Source: Callorhinchus milii (Eukaryota). From it: DNA of 64,000 nt. The first letter of the stretch is position 1. Each line of letters starts with the position of its first letter. This document shows, piece by piece, positions 15,301 through 28,695 of the stretch. The notes beneath the pieces are model-generated. The model saw nothing but the letters and a program-made list of their open reading frames with translations, made no database searches and was not told where the DNA came from. The stretch is from positions 79,920,001 to 79,984,000 of the forward strand of contig NW_024704743.1 of NCBI RefSeq assembly GCF_018977255.1, written 5' to 3'. The translations under genes and the position numbers were made by a program.

Positions 15301-17750
15301 TGGTGTCAGCCTGAATCAGAAGGTTGTGGGTTCAAACCCTTTGAACTCACATAATCTGGGCTGATATTCCAATGCTGTGCGAGAAGAGTCCTACATTGTG
15401 TGATGTGCCATCCTTCAGATGAGACATTAAAAAAGGATCCTAACTGCTTGTTTAGGTGGACATTAAAGATCCAATGACACAATTAGAAAAGAGGAGTTTC
15501 TCTCAGTGTCCTGGCCAACAAACCCCCAAACAGAATTGGTCATTCACTTCATAGCTTTTTTTTNGGACATTAGTGTACCCACAATGGCTACTGCATTCAC
15601 TACACATTCACAATGCTTTACAGAAAGCAGTTCAAGACATTTCAACGTGATCAATGCAAACATTTTTTATTATACTACACGACTGGAGTCCTATAGCTTA
15701 CTGGTTGGAGCACTCGCTTCGCAAGCGAGAGACCTCGGTTTGAACGTAAATGGTTTGAATTAAATAGCATTGGCTGAATTCAAATAGATACAGATCCTGA
15801 TATTTCAGTTTTATTGTTACTCAGGAACTGAGGAATAATTTGTAAGCGCTTTATCATTTTTTCTTGTGGTTATCCATATTCCACAGGAATTTGAGGCAAC
15901 TGAACTTCCTAAATTAGTTGAGGAACAGAGTTTGATGGGCTGAGATATCTCTGGAACCTGCTGCCATTCTCCCTCTGTCTTGTCCGCTCTTTTCCAATCT
16001 TCAAGACACACCTGAAGACTTTCCTCTTCAACCATGCCTTTGGTCACCCCCCACTCTCTTTCCATCTCGGTGGCAAATCACACTATTGTTAAGCGATCCG
16101 AGACACTGCCTGTATGAAAGGCACTGTATAAATACAAGCTGTTGTTTTCTTATTCTGCACTTTGATATCCAATTCTAACACATAGAAGCAATAGGCATGT
16201 GTTATTAATAATGAAGCCACCTCCAGTGCTAAGAATGATTCTGCCTCTCTATTTTCTCTCGTTCACTACAGAAAGCACTCACTGTGGATGAGAAACAGTT
16301 CCATGGATATTTGCACCTTTCTGTAGCTTCTATAAAGGATCATTTTCCATGTGATCATTGTGGCCACTTCAACCAGGATTATTTTCGGGGCAGTCTCGAG
16401 GGGCCGAATGGCCTACTCCTGCTCCTACGTCTTATGGCCTTAACTGTTTGTGGGACACTGCTGTGTGCAATTGGCTGCCGAGTTTCGCCCACAAATACAC
16501 AATCAATTCACTTTTACGGTATATTCTGTGAAGCGCTTTGAGACGTCTCGAAGACATGATAAGACCCCATATCAAATGCAAGGATTATTATTATTAAATA
16601 TTCAGTTCACTTTTGTAAGTTATTAATGGATCTGCTTCCCCCACCCTTTCAGGCAGTGCATTTCAGATGGTAACAACTCGCTGCGAAAAAAAATTCTCAT
16701 CTCCCCTCTGATTCTTTCATCAATTATCTTAAATCTGTGTCCTCTGGTTACCAACTCACCCGCCAGTGTAAACCATTTCTCCTTATTTACTCTATCAAAA
16801 CCACTCATAATTTTGAACACCTCTATTAAATCTCCCCTTAACCCTCTCTGCTCAAGGAGAACAATCCCATTATCTCTGGTCTCTCTAGAGTATCAGACTA
16901 AACTGGGACCCAATAGCCCTCGAGCTGGAGTTTAGAGGCTGTTATTTTAGTGGAAATCCTACAACCAACATAGTGACCTGGATCCAAAGATTATTATTAC
17001 TTCAGAATTAGTTTTGCAATGAAAGTCAGCGGCTTCCTCTCTCCTACCCCCTAAACACTCCCCACTCACATATTTACCCTACACACAAAAAATATTTCAC
17101 ACGCGAATGTACTTTCAAGTCCACAATTAATATATACAATATATGCAAAATGTAAATACAGAATATACCCTTTATATGCCTAGCTATTGTACCATTCTCA
17201 ACAACAACTTGTATTTATATAGTGCCCCTCACGCAGAGTAGAATCCCATATTAAGTAAAAGGATAGATGTACGTTGAGCAGCAATGCCAGTGAAGGCATT
17301 GTTTAGCCCATTAGTGGTAAAATACACAAATGACTAATACACTATTGTGATCCATGGCGTTGCTGGGAAAAGCATGATACAATAACAAGCTTAGGCAAAG
17401 CTGAGGTAGCACGTAACAACCACCACCATGCCAACAAACCACAGGACAAGCAGTCAATAACAAACATTTATCATGTTCACCAGTGCTGTGTCACCAGTGC
17501 AGTGATTGTGAATTTGCAGGTGAATGCAGCAGTCTGTTTGTACGCAGCAATGTCCAAAAAACAGCTATGAAGATAATGACCAATTTTGTTTGGAGGATTG
17601 TTGGCCAGGAAACCAGGAGAAACTCCTCTTTTCCCCAAACCATAAACTCTCACAGCAGCTATGCAGAGTTAATTTAAAAGATTAGATTTTATAATATTCT
17701 TGATATTAAAAGGCACCAGTTGTTCCATTTCAAAAATAGCTGTCAGGTGC

Positions 17751-18065
17751 CAGGAGTTCTGGAGCTCAGGGGTTTAGAGCACTCGCCTCGCAAGTGAGAG
17801 ACCTGGTTTCGATTCCCGGCAGGGCGAAACGGTGGGCAAGTTTCCTTACTCCACAGGCCTGATAATAATCCCTCAAGAAAAAAAGAAAAAAATTGGTCAC
17901 TTCAACCCACGACTGTTTGTGGGACACTGCTGCGTGCAATTAGCTGCTGCATTTCGCCCACAAATATACAGTCAATTCACTTCATAGTCTATTGTGTGAA
18001 GTGCTCCGAGACATCTAGAAGACATGAAAAAGCGCTATATCAAATGCAAGGATGATTATTATTAT
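17751..18065 (+). mobile_element. Full-length tRNA-derived SINE (Ala-like head, (ATT)n tail)
   Basis: A-box-like agctcaggggtttagagc, loop ctcgcaa, B-box-like gtttcgattcc, body gactgtttgtgggacactgc, tail aaatgcaaggatgattattatt. Other copies: ~4300-4652(+), 16441-16595(+), 30367-30480(+), 38541-38660(+ head), 51630-51747(+), 56530-56697(+), 59048-59406(-). Confidence 0.88.
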
Positions 18066-18389
18066 TGCTGCTGATTCATGACTTTGGCAGCTTGTTTATA
18101 GAAAATATTAATGCTTATAGTATCTACTGAAAGACTTCTCATTTCCCTAAACTGATTCAGTGAATACTGACGCAGTGCAACATTCACAGGCTCTTCCAAC
18201 ACCTTGAGCAGTGTTGAGCCATTGGAAAGATATTCAAGGCTGGCATCTTATATGCTGCTCCATGAACTGATTGAGAGAAACTCAAGGCTCGTCTTTGCAC
18301 TGCAGGATCTTTAAAAGTCGAGATGATTGCCATTTGATCTCCAATGAAGTATAGCATAGTATAGCATGGAATATTAAAGCAGTATATAT

Positions 18390-19010
18390 CATTAGTTACG
18401 CCACTGGTGGGAGTATTGTGTTCAGTTTTGGAAATCCCATTTTAGGAAGGATATCAAGCCTTTGAGAAGGTGCAGAAGGAATTCATTAGGATGATACCTA
18501 GGATAAATGGCTTTATGTTTTAGGATAGACTGAAGGGCCTGAAGGGATTAGAGAGAAGGTTGAAAGACCCAATAGAGGGTCTGAAAAATTCTGAGGTGTT
18601 TAATAAAGAAAACAAAATTATTTCCACTGATCAGTGAGTCACTAATATTTGGGTGGTAAGCTAAGTGTCTGAAACAAACAGTAAGCCATCACTGCTTAAG
18701 AATATCCAAATCAAACTGAGAATTCCATGCATCCCACCTACACATAGAAATTCCCCCTTTGGAATTTATTGTGCATTCTCTCCCTGAAAAATGCATCCTA
18801 TTATAAAATCTATCCTTTTAAATTAACTGTGCACAAATTCTGAAAAGGATTAGGCACAGGTGAGTAAGAGCTAAGACTCAGTAACTAAAGGACATAGATT
18901 TAAGGTAATAACTAAAATAGCAAAAGGTTAGGCTGAGTTTTTTTTAAGACACACAGGACATGCAATGCTCTATCTGGAACTGTGGCTAAGGATGAATCCT
19001 TATTAACTTT
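18390..19010 (+). mobile_element. Degraded CR1 fragment interrupted at ~18645-18880 by another repeat
   Basis: gagtattgtgttcagttttgg (EYCVQFW) and gagaaggtgcagaagga; the element resumes as gtaactaaaggacatagatttaagg. Confidence 0.65.
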
Positions 19011-21298
19011 TAATATGACCCCGTCACCCCCACTCTCGCCCGGCTCCATTGGCTCGTCACCCCTCAGAGGATAGAATTCAAAATCCTCACTTTCAAGGCC
19101 CTCCATGGTTTTGCCCCCTCCTACCACTCTGACCTGCTAACCCTCATCAACCTGTCCGCTCCCTATTTTCAGCCCCCCACGCTCGGGTCCTGATACCTGA
19201 TTGTTCAGCACCTTGGGACATCCTTCTGATGTGAAAAGCGCCTTACAAATGTAATTTTGTTGTTGTTAAGATGGAATGAAACATATCTGAAAAAGAGAAA
19301 TATAAAAGGGTACAGGGAAATGCAGGTAACAGGCTAATATCTTTCAGAAAGTCAGCACAGAGAGGGTGAATGGCCTCCTTTTTTGCTGCGAGATCGCAGA
19401 CCCTTTTAAGAATTTCAGACCTAAACGTTTTTTGGAGGAATAAGTGAAAAGGCTTTTTACAGGGAAGGCACAAGGTCACTTACACCACCTGCTCATTTCA
19501 ATTGACCATTTCACTAAACATTCAAGTACAATTTGTATCATTGTTAATAAATCACTCAGGAGCCCAGAAGGTTTCTCATCCCCGACAGGTAAATTACTTA
19601 TAGCAGCTGCTTTAGTCAGCTACTTACACATTGCTTAGACGGTTGAGAATGAAGTTTAAGAATTTTTATTGGGTCTCATTCTGCCTTACTTGGGAAGAAA
19701 AGATTCCGCCTACTCTCATTACATCTTACAATACAGTTCAGCCACCTTCCCGCTCAAACCAATTCAGTCAGACAGCCACTCCTGGACAACTCTGGAGGCA
19801 AAATCCTTGTGCAGCTTTCAAACATCCTGGTTACACATTTTTAAACATCCTGTATGGAATACTTAGAACATGCTATCAAAACAGTGCCACTTACTAGGTA
19901 CAATTAAACATTATGGGACTTAGAAAAAGCATGATTTTTTATTCTAAAAAGAGGTGACAGGCAGGCTTTACATTCGCATCACATGTATCTCCTCTCCCCC
20001 CCCCCACCCCTTCAGGTATACAGGTAGTTCTGTTCAAGTACCAAAGAGACAAGAGATACACACAATTAAATCCATGCCAATTCACAGCTTTCACAAGGCA
20101 CAAGAGAAGGAAGGCACTGTCCTGGATAACAATTGAGTGCTCTGGTGGTAAGGCACAAAACCACCACTCTTACAACGAGGGAAAACATAGTGCTGCCAAA
20201 ATATTCCTGTCAAAAACTCATTTAGTTTAATTAATCCTTGTTTAATCTTAATTAGTTCTTGCTTTTGATGTTACAACGCCTTATGTTGTAAGGACCTCTC
20301 AAAGCACCTCACAGAACGTACTGTAAATTGGTGTGACTGTGTGCATTGTGGGCGATCACAGCAGTGTCCCACAAACAGTCATGAAGTGAAAAAACAATTT
20401 TATTTGGGGGATTTGCTGGCCAGGACACCAGACGAAACTCCCTTCTCATTTTGAATAGTAACATTGGGGGCTTTAACATCCACCTGAACAGGCAGACAAG
20501 ATTACAGTTTAATGACTCATCTGAAGGACGGGACCTCCAACAATACAACACCCATCCCAGCACTACATCAGAGTATCAGCTGAGACTTTGCATTCCAAGC
20601 CCAACTTGGGGCTTGAACCCACAACCTTCTGACTCAGAGGTGAGAGCCCAGTCCAGGATTTCCGCTGACAGCCTAGTTTGTAAAAGGGCCCACCCAGTAA
20701 ATACTAAACCATATAGACAAAACATTGCAAGTTTGAATCTCAGCCAGGCCAGCAGTTGTGGCATTACAATTGGCCTCAGCACCCTGAATTACAGAGGGGA
20801 AAGTCAATCAGGGATCTTGGTGCCAATTGCTATCCTGAGAACCCTGTCGTAGGTAGAGATGTGTGTGTAAAAATTCTATATGTATGCATGTGTATATATC
20901 ATTCATATACACACATGTGTGGTTCTCTCCACTCCACATCCCAACACACATAAACCAACACATCCACACCCCGACCCTTCTCGAAACTGCACTGAACCAA
21001 CTATGCGTCCTTCCAAAAGGATGCCTGTAATCCCCTGTAAGAGCAGCATGCTCACGGCAGCACCCCAAAAAACGGCAACTTTAGTTACCCAATGGGGTCC
21101 AACTTAATCTGATTTCTAAAAATTGAATTCACTGGCGAACCTCACCTGAAAATGTGCATGTATCCACAGTATAAACTATGAAAAAGACTGAGTTTCAGAG
21201 GAGGGGAGGAACCAATGAGTTCCCACTGCCCCCTCTCCCCCACATCAATGCTGTGTAATAGGTGAACACAACTAAGATTGCAACATCACACTGTTGCT

Positions 21299-21620
21299 TT
21301 GTCAGCCTGGCTCAGCTGGTAGCACTCTCACCTCTGAATCAGGAGATTGTGGGTTCAAGCCCCAAATGGGGACTCAGAACTCACATAATCTATGATCACA
21401 CTTCCGTTGCATTGTCAGAGGTACCGTCCTTCAGATCAGATGGTCAATTGAGGTCTCCTTTGCCTGTTCTGATGGATGTTAAAGATCCCATGACACTATT
21501 CGAAAAGAGGAGGGAGTTTCTCCTGGTGTCCCACTCAACAACCCCCCATATAAAACTATTCATGGCTGTTTGTGGAAAGCTGCTGTGGACAAATTGGCTG
21601 TCGCATTCTCCCACCACTGT
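21299..21620 (+). mobile_element. Deu-domain SINE copy
   Basis: tggctcagctggtagcactctcacctctga...gggttcaagccc head; gttaaagatcccatgacactattcgaa...cctggtgtcc core. Confidence 0.7.
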
Positions 21621-23399
21621 GATACCTGCTCCTCAAATCACAAGACACTGGGAGTTACAAAACTACTTGCTTCTCACCTCCCCCGAGGCAGAATACTGCC
21701 ACACATTGCATTTCAGTTTCAAAATGTGGCTCAACCCTCCCACCCTACCTCCCAATTTCATTGAAAAAGAATTGGGTAGCATGTTATTTCACAGACATAT
21801 TCCATCTAAAACATCCTAAGTCATGTCTTTCCATAATATGCCCTAAGTTTCTGACCGTACTCGATCGAGAATACCTATTACAAGAAACACCTGCACAGCC
21901 TGTAGCTACAGTTAGCTGCTTTAAAAACCTTTCACCGATGTTTCTCCATAAGACCCTTTTTTCTCTTCTTCCCGGGATACAGATCCACTGGTACTGCGCA
22001 CCCACCAGTGTCCCACCCAAGTCATTATTCATGTGGGAACCTCCATATTGAGCGCTGGCAGACTGTTTAACCGTGAGGTCCCATTTCCATATTCATTCAA
22101 CATCTCCACCCTGTCTAGTAAGAAGATGGGGAAGGAGGAGGTGGGAACCTTAGCCGAATGTTTCCTCACTACAGCCTAGGGGATTTTAGGTAAATTACAC
22201 CATCACAAGCTTTAAATAAAGAAGACCCTTTGACCCATAGGGTAAAACAGACAATGGACCATTATTCAAACCAGCAAACATCTGGTTTGTGTTGCTTACT
22301 GTGTTGCACGAGTAGTACATTTACGCACTGGAGAAACTCCATGTGGTGCTTCTAAGGTAAGCATTTATTTAAAAACATGATTTTTATAACAGAGGCCACA
22401 ATGAACCAGAAGTGCGCTATTCAATTGTATGAACTTCGATCTGCTTAAGGAGCAGTTTCCACAGGTCAGAGTGCCACATTTCTTGTACTGAATGTTGCGA
22501 TTTTGATCCTAGTGAATTTAGTAACAAAATCTTACATTTATACAGCACCTTTCACTCAAAGCACGTCACAAAATATAATTGTTTAGAAATACAAATAATC
22601 TAGGCTAGCAATAAGACAAGCAGCATTTAACTTGAATTTGGGGGTAAATTTGTATTAGGAGGAGGCATACAACAGGATAACAGAGAATAATTCCACATTA
22701 TGATTAAACAGCAATGATATACTTAATGTAATGCAGTGGGTGAATTTAGGACAGCTCAGTTGAATGTTCCTCAGGCCTTCTTAAATCAATTGGCCTACTG
22801 CTTTATTACTCAGTATTATATGTAATATATACATAAACAACTAAGACAATTAATTAATACTACTCTAATAGGACAAACATGTGCTGCAGTGGGACACTTT
22901 CACCCCTACAGTTCAAGCAAGATCCTGTTCTGATAACTAACTGAGTTTTAATCTCAATGTCTTCCTTCATTAAACTTTACTAATCCAGATTGAAACTGAC
23001 ATACAGAGCAGTGAAATAATTATACAACTGAAATCCAGTCAGATTGGTTAACTAATCTCTTTAGATAAAACGGTATCCCACTATACTGCCAATATAAACT
23101 AGGAGAGTTTAAGAATGAGTGCTTAGAATTCTATTCTATGCAATTAATAAGCATGGATCTTCAATAATTTATATAAATAACCCTTGCATTTGATATAGGA
23201 ATACCATTAATATCAAGTCAACAAAACATCTCAAAGCTCTTCACAACATTTACTGTGTATTTTGGAAACAAACACGTCAACCAATTTGAGCACAACAATG
23301 GCCCAAAAATAGCAATGAAGTGATTGACCAAATGTAAAAGAAAATTACTGGTGAGGCCACTGGGAGAAACTATGTCTTCAATGCAAATGGAAACTGTTG

Positions 23400-24260
23400 T
23401 AAACATCGTCAATTTTATACATTCAATGCGCTAAATCATTGGCAGTTAGTCGAGCTGCCAGTCGTACAAAGACACAGGTACCCCTTATTTGGAAATCGTG
23501 CACTTTCAAGTGTACGCTGGCTGAGTCGAAGCAAAGTGTGGAAAGGTTTGTCAAATTGCTGTAACCAATCAAGAGACTTTCTTGACGAGAAAGGTCAACT
23601 GGACAATTTCTTGCAAATCAAAAATGAAGCTTGGAGGTGTGATTTGTTCTCTCAGTGATATCAATAGTCACCTGAATGAACTGAATGTGAAACTGCAGGG
23701 AAAAAAGAAGACTATGTGATGGAAATTCAGGCTGAAACTGAAGAGCAAGACTTTACTCAATTCCCAAATTTGTAGTGGTATGCAGCTGACCATGCTATTG
23801 AGAAAGATCACCATGCTGCTTGGCTTTGAAATTTCCTGGAAAATTTGAGAAAAGATATGCTGATGGTTTCAGTCTGGGTTTTCAGTTCAAGAAAGATCCA
23901 TTACCCTTTATATCAGGAACTCGCAGAAATTAGTGATACTGCTCTCTGTGGACAGACGTAGACTGGAGATGGATCTGCTAACACTGCTAAGTGGAAACAT
24001 AACTGAGACTGACTGTGTTGAAAATGTGGCAAAATGCCCTGACTGAGGATGAATATTTGGTTTTGAGAATTGCACCGCCAAGCTGTGTTGCATGTTTGGC
24101 TCAACCTAGTTGTATGTGTCATTATTCTCAGCAATCACTCTGATGAAGTCCCACTCACAACTACGGGAAGCTGCACTAAGATGTGGTTTGGCTGATAAAT
24201 TCATGCTAGAATTCCAAACTTTGGTGAAAGAGAAACTGCAAAGTATCACATTGAATGGTA
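23400..24260 (+). mobile_element. Decayed hAT (Charlie/Buster/SPIN-like) transposase remnant
   Basis: Hand translation gives VRWLSRSKV (from 23512), LSDINSHLNELNVKLQGK (from 23651) and MFGST*LYVSLFS (from 24092). These appear in the order of the conserved RWLSRG, HLNxLNxxLQG and FGSTYxCExxFS blocks, with stops and frameshifts. Confidence 0.8.
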
Positions 24261-24326
24261 GTTGATGTTTATTAAGTACTAGCTGTAGCCATCACTCCCA
24301 GGTGCAAGGCCTTTCTGATGAGCTAT

Positions 24327-24737
24327 AACAACAACAAAATTGCATTTGTAAAGCGCCTTTCATGTTGGGAGGATGACCCAAGCCGCTGGATAGACAGAGT
24401 TTCGAACCCGAACTGGGGGTTGGGATCGGGGAGGGTGGAGGGCAGGGGCGGAGGCAGGATGATCGAAAGCACGGTCAAAGAGGAGGGTCTTGACATGGGT
24501 CTTGAAGAAGGCAAGGAAGGGGGCGAGGCAGAGGGACTGTGGGATGGAGTTCCAGAGGGTGAGGGCAGAGTAGCAGAAAGCCTGCCCGACATTAGTGGGG
24601 CGGGCGAGGCGGCAAATGTGAAGCAGGCCAAAGCCCGCTGAACGGAGGGAGCGAGCAGGATGGTCTGGGGTCAGGAGGTCACAGAGGTAGGGGGGAGCAA
24701 GACCATGGAGGGCTTTGAAAGTGAGGACCAGGATCAG
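24327..24737 (-). mobile_element. L2 LINE 3' fragment
   Basis: Reverse complement of the L2 tail (aacaacaacaaaattgcatttgtaaagcgcctttcatg) followed by 3' UTR and ORF2 end. Confidence 0.85.
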
Positions 24738-24994
24738 CTATAAATCATGTCTCTACATCAATCGGTTATTGAGCTCCTTCTTAAAGCGCAGGCAGACATT
24801 GTCATTTTATTAGTATATAAATATATATATGATGTTTATAAGCAAATATACATGTAAACATATATGAGAAGTGCATTTATCCATATTGTGTGACTGTCAG
24901 CAAGCTGTTTTCGATAAAAATAAGTTCATGTAGCTAAAACAGTGTCACGGTAACCACACCTGTAGCTATTCAGCAATGTCTATTGAACATTTCC

Positions 24995-25470
24995 TCCTGA
25001 GACCTATCCGCCGCTTTCGACACAGTCAATCACGTCATCCTCCTCTACCGCTTTCCTCCGTCATCCACCTCAGTGGGACCGCACTCGCCTGGTTCAAGTC
25101 CTGCCTCACGAACCGCCAGCAGTACATCTGCATATTCGGCTTTTCCTCCCGCTCTCACCTGCGGGGTGCCCCAGGGATCCATCCTTGGTCCCCTCCTCTT
25201 CCTAATCTATATGCTCCCTCTTGGGGTTGTCATCCGCAGACATGGGGTACACTTTCACATGTATGCGGACGACACCCAACTCTATTCTTCCACCTCACTT
25301 TGTGACCCCCAGTCGCCTGATGTTCTGTCAGCCTGCCTGCCAGATATCGGGAGCTGGATGAGCGTGCATTTCCTTCAGCTAAAGGTTGACAAGACGGAAG
25401 CCATACTCTTTAGCTCTCGTCAACGTCTAAAATCATATGGTTCTCACCTCCTCTACCTACCCGACCTCCA
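24995..25470 (+). mobile_element. L2 LINE RT core fragment
   Basis: CGVPQGSILGPLLFLIYMLPLG...HMYADDTQLY and FLQLKVDKTEAILF. Confidence 0.92.
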
Positions 25471-25561
25471 CAACACAGCCCTAAACATATGGACAGGATC
25501 TTGATTTAATGTCTAGCCCAAAGCAGTGATTTCAGTTTAACATCTCACCTTCTGACAATGC

Positions 25562-25870
25562 AACAACAAGAAAATTACATTTATAGAGCGCCTTTCACGT
25601 GGGGAGGACGTCCCAAAGCGCTGAAGAGTCAGGTGTCGGGGCCCGAGCATGGGGGAGGGGTGATGTAGGGGTGAGGGAAGGCAGAGAGGTGGGAGGGCGA
25701 CCAAAGACATGATTGAAGAGAAGGGTCTTGAAAGGAGGAAGCGAGGCAAAGGGACTGTGGGATGGAGTTCCAGAGTGTGGGGCAGAGAGGCTGAAAGCCC
25801 GGCCAACTATAGGGCAGGTCGGGTAGGAGACATAGAGCAGAATGGAGGGAGCGGGTAGATTGATAGGGAG
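25562..25870 (-). mobile_element. L2 LINE 3' fragment
   Basis: Reverse L2 tail and gggatggagttccagagtgtgg. Confidence 0.85.
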
Positions 25871-26330
25871 CGCTCCACCAGCACTGAACTGGACTTTCAG
25901 TTTAGATCATGTGCTCAAAGTCCCAGCACAAGGCTTGAACCCACAAGTTTTTGACTCGGGCAAGAGTGCTATAAAGTGAGTTGGGTTAACACCTGGACAA
26001 TTTACAAAAGTGTAGGGTGCATCAGGATCAAAATCACCCCACATCAAGGTAAAATGGAATGGGGAATAAGAAGGTGCAAGTGGTGCAATTCCACCAGAAC
26101 CACAAAAAGGTACGTATACCCAGAAGTGCTCCAATAAGGTAAAAAATGCACCACTGCCTAGAACTGCTGCCGTACATTCACTGGTCAGATGTCATCGGTC
26201 TGAAATAAGATTGCTGAACAGTAACATACAACTGATGGCAGCTGTTCATGCATTGCAATGTGCACTGTTAACTTACAACCGTAAGTGAACTCTTTTCAAA
26301 GGCAACTCCAGGTCATCATGTAGGCAGCAA

Positions 26331-26760
26331 GAATCATAGAATTATAAAGCACAGAAGGAGGCCATTTGGCCAATCGTCTCCGGCAGCTCTTTGAAAAGCG
26401 CTATCCAAATCAATCTCACTCCCCCACTCTCTCCCCTTAGCCCTGCAAACTTGTCCTCCCGAAATAAGTATCTACTTCTCCCTTAAAAGCTGTTATCGAA
26501 TCAGATTCCACCACCCTTTCAGGCAATGCATTCCAGATCCTAACAACTTGCTGTGTGAAAAAATTTCTCCTCACCTCCCATGTTTCTTTTAGCAACTATT
26601 TTAAATCTGTGACCCTTGGGTTACCGACCCACCCGCGAGTGGAAATAGTTTTTCCTTGTTCACCCTATCGAATCCCCTCATAATTTTGAAAACTTCTATT
26701 AAGTGTCTTCTTAACCTTCTCTGCTCCAAGCTTCTCTAGGCTCTCCTGATAACTGAAGCA
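26331..26760 (-). mobile_element. CR1 LINE 3' end (host element interrupted by the + strand CR1)
   Basis: Begins with the reverse tail gaatcatagaatt...cacagaaggaggcc and continues as antisense CR1 C-terminal sequence, which resumes at 28696. Confidence 0.85.
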
Positions 26761-28695
26761 TCAAATTAAAAGAAAAGGCTTATAAAACTGCCAAGAAAAG
26801 CGGCAAATCTGAAGATTGGGAGTTTTAGAAACCAGCAAAATAAAACTAAAAAACTCATTAAGAGCGAGAAAAAGGAGTATGAGGGTAAGCTAGCTAGGAA
26901 CATTAAGTCTGATTGTAAAAGTTTTTACAAATAGATTAAGAGGAATAGGCTAGTGAGGGTAAATGTAGGTCCACTTCAGTCAGAGACGGGAGAAGTTGTA
27001 ATGGGGGATAAGGACATGGCAGAGTCCCTAAATGGGTACTTTGCATCTGTCTTCACCCTGGAAGACACAAGTCTGCCAACAATAGAGATGCACCAAAGGG
27101 ATAAGGACAGGGAGCAACTTAGGGAAATTTTCATTAGTAGAGAATTGGTGCTAGGGAAACTGTTAGCACTAAAAAGTGACAAATCCCCTGGTCCGGATGG
27201 CTTGCATCCCAGGGTTTTAAAAGAGGTAGCTTATGAGATAGTGGAGGCCTTATGTCTGATCTTCCAAAATTCCTTGGATTCTGGAACAGTCCCCATGGAT
27301 TGGAAGATCGCAAATGTCACACCACTATTTAAAAAAGGTGGAAAGGAAAAGATGGGGAACTATAGGTCAGTTAGTCTCACATTAGTGAGAGGAAAAATTT
27401 TTAGAATCGTTGATTAAGGATGTGGTTGTGCGGTATTTAGAGGAGAACGATATAATTAGGCCAAGTCAACATGGCTTTACAAAAGGGAAGTCATGTTTGA
27501 CAAATCTCAGAGTTTTTTGAGGATATTTCCAGATAACTGGATCAGTGAATGTGGTCTATTTGAACTTCCAGAACGATAAGGTGCCGCATAAAAGGTTAGT
27601 CCAAAAGTTAAGGGCCCATGGAATTGGGGGGAGCATATTAACGTGGATTGGGGAATGGTTAAAGGGTAGGAAACAAAGAGTAGGGATAAACGGGTCCTTT
27701 TCAGATTGGCGGGATGTGACTAGTGGACCATCTACATCAACGATCTAGATGAGGACATCGAAGTTAATATATCTAAATTTGCGGATGACACAAAACTAGG
27801 AGGAAGTATCAACACAGAGGACGACATTAAAAAAATGCAGCGAGACATAGATAGGTTAGGTGATTGGGCAGGTAGGTGGCAGATGAAGTATAATGTAGGG
27901 AAGTGCGAAGTCATCCACCTAGGTAGCAAAAACAGTAGAGCGGGTTATTTTTTAGAAGGGGAGAGATTGGAATGTGTTAGCGTCCAGAGGGACTTGGGTG
28001 TCCTTGTACACCAATCACAGAAAGTTAGTCTGCAGGTGCAGCAGCAATTAGGAAGGCGAACGGTATGTTAGCATTCATTATGAAAGGATTAGAGTATAAG
28101 AGTAGGGAAGTCTTGCTGCAACTGTATAGGGCCCTGGTGAGACCACACCTGGAATACTGTGTCAAGTTTTGGTCTCCTCATTTAAGGAAGGATGTACTTG
28201 CCTTGGAGGGGGTGCAGCGTAGAATTACTAGGTTAGTACCAGGGATGAAGGGGTTGAGTTACGAGGATAGGCTGACCAATTTGGGCCTATTTTTCTAGAA
28301 TATAGAAGAATTAGAGGGGATCTTATAGCAACCTATGAGATCATCAAAGGGCATGATAGAGTAGATAGTGGGAGATTGTTTCCCCTGGTTGGAGAAACTA
28401 AAACCAGGGGTCACAACCTTAAAATCAGAGGCCAGCCCTTTCACACTGAGTTGAGGAAGAACTTCTTCACTCAAAGGGTGGTGAATGTATGGAACTCACT
28501 ACCCCAAAGGGCTGTTGACGCTCAGTCCTTGAACATATTCAAGACTGAGATAGATAGATTTCTTATTGCAAAAGGGATTAAGGGATATGGGGATAAGGCA
28601 GGGTCAGGTTATTAGCTGGAGTTAGATTTTAGATTGAATGGCGGGGTAGGCTCGAAGGGCCGAATGGCCTACTCCTGCTCCTACATGTTATGTTA
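26761..28695 (+). mobile_element. CR1-clade LINE, 5'-truncated, decayed ORF2 (RT) plus 3' tail
   Basis: Frameshifted peptides KSPGPDGLHPRVLKE, DWKIANVTPLFKKG, SKFADDTKLGG, LYRALVRPHLEYC and FFTQRVVNVWNSLP. Tail GGGCCGAATGGCCTACTCCTGCTCCT. Confidence 0.93.

Noticed and set aside
21262..21819. 185-aa ORF
   Set aside because: It runs through a Deu-SINE copy, with no recognisable domain or splice support.
26953..28615. Reverse-transcriptase ORFs as an active or domesticated gene (also 30793-31830 and 51994-53206)
   Set aside because: They are 5'-truncated, with multiple frameshifts and stops; ordinary dead CR1 copies.
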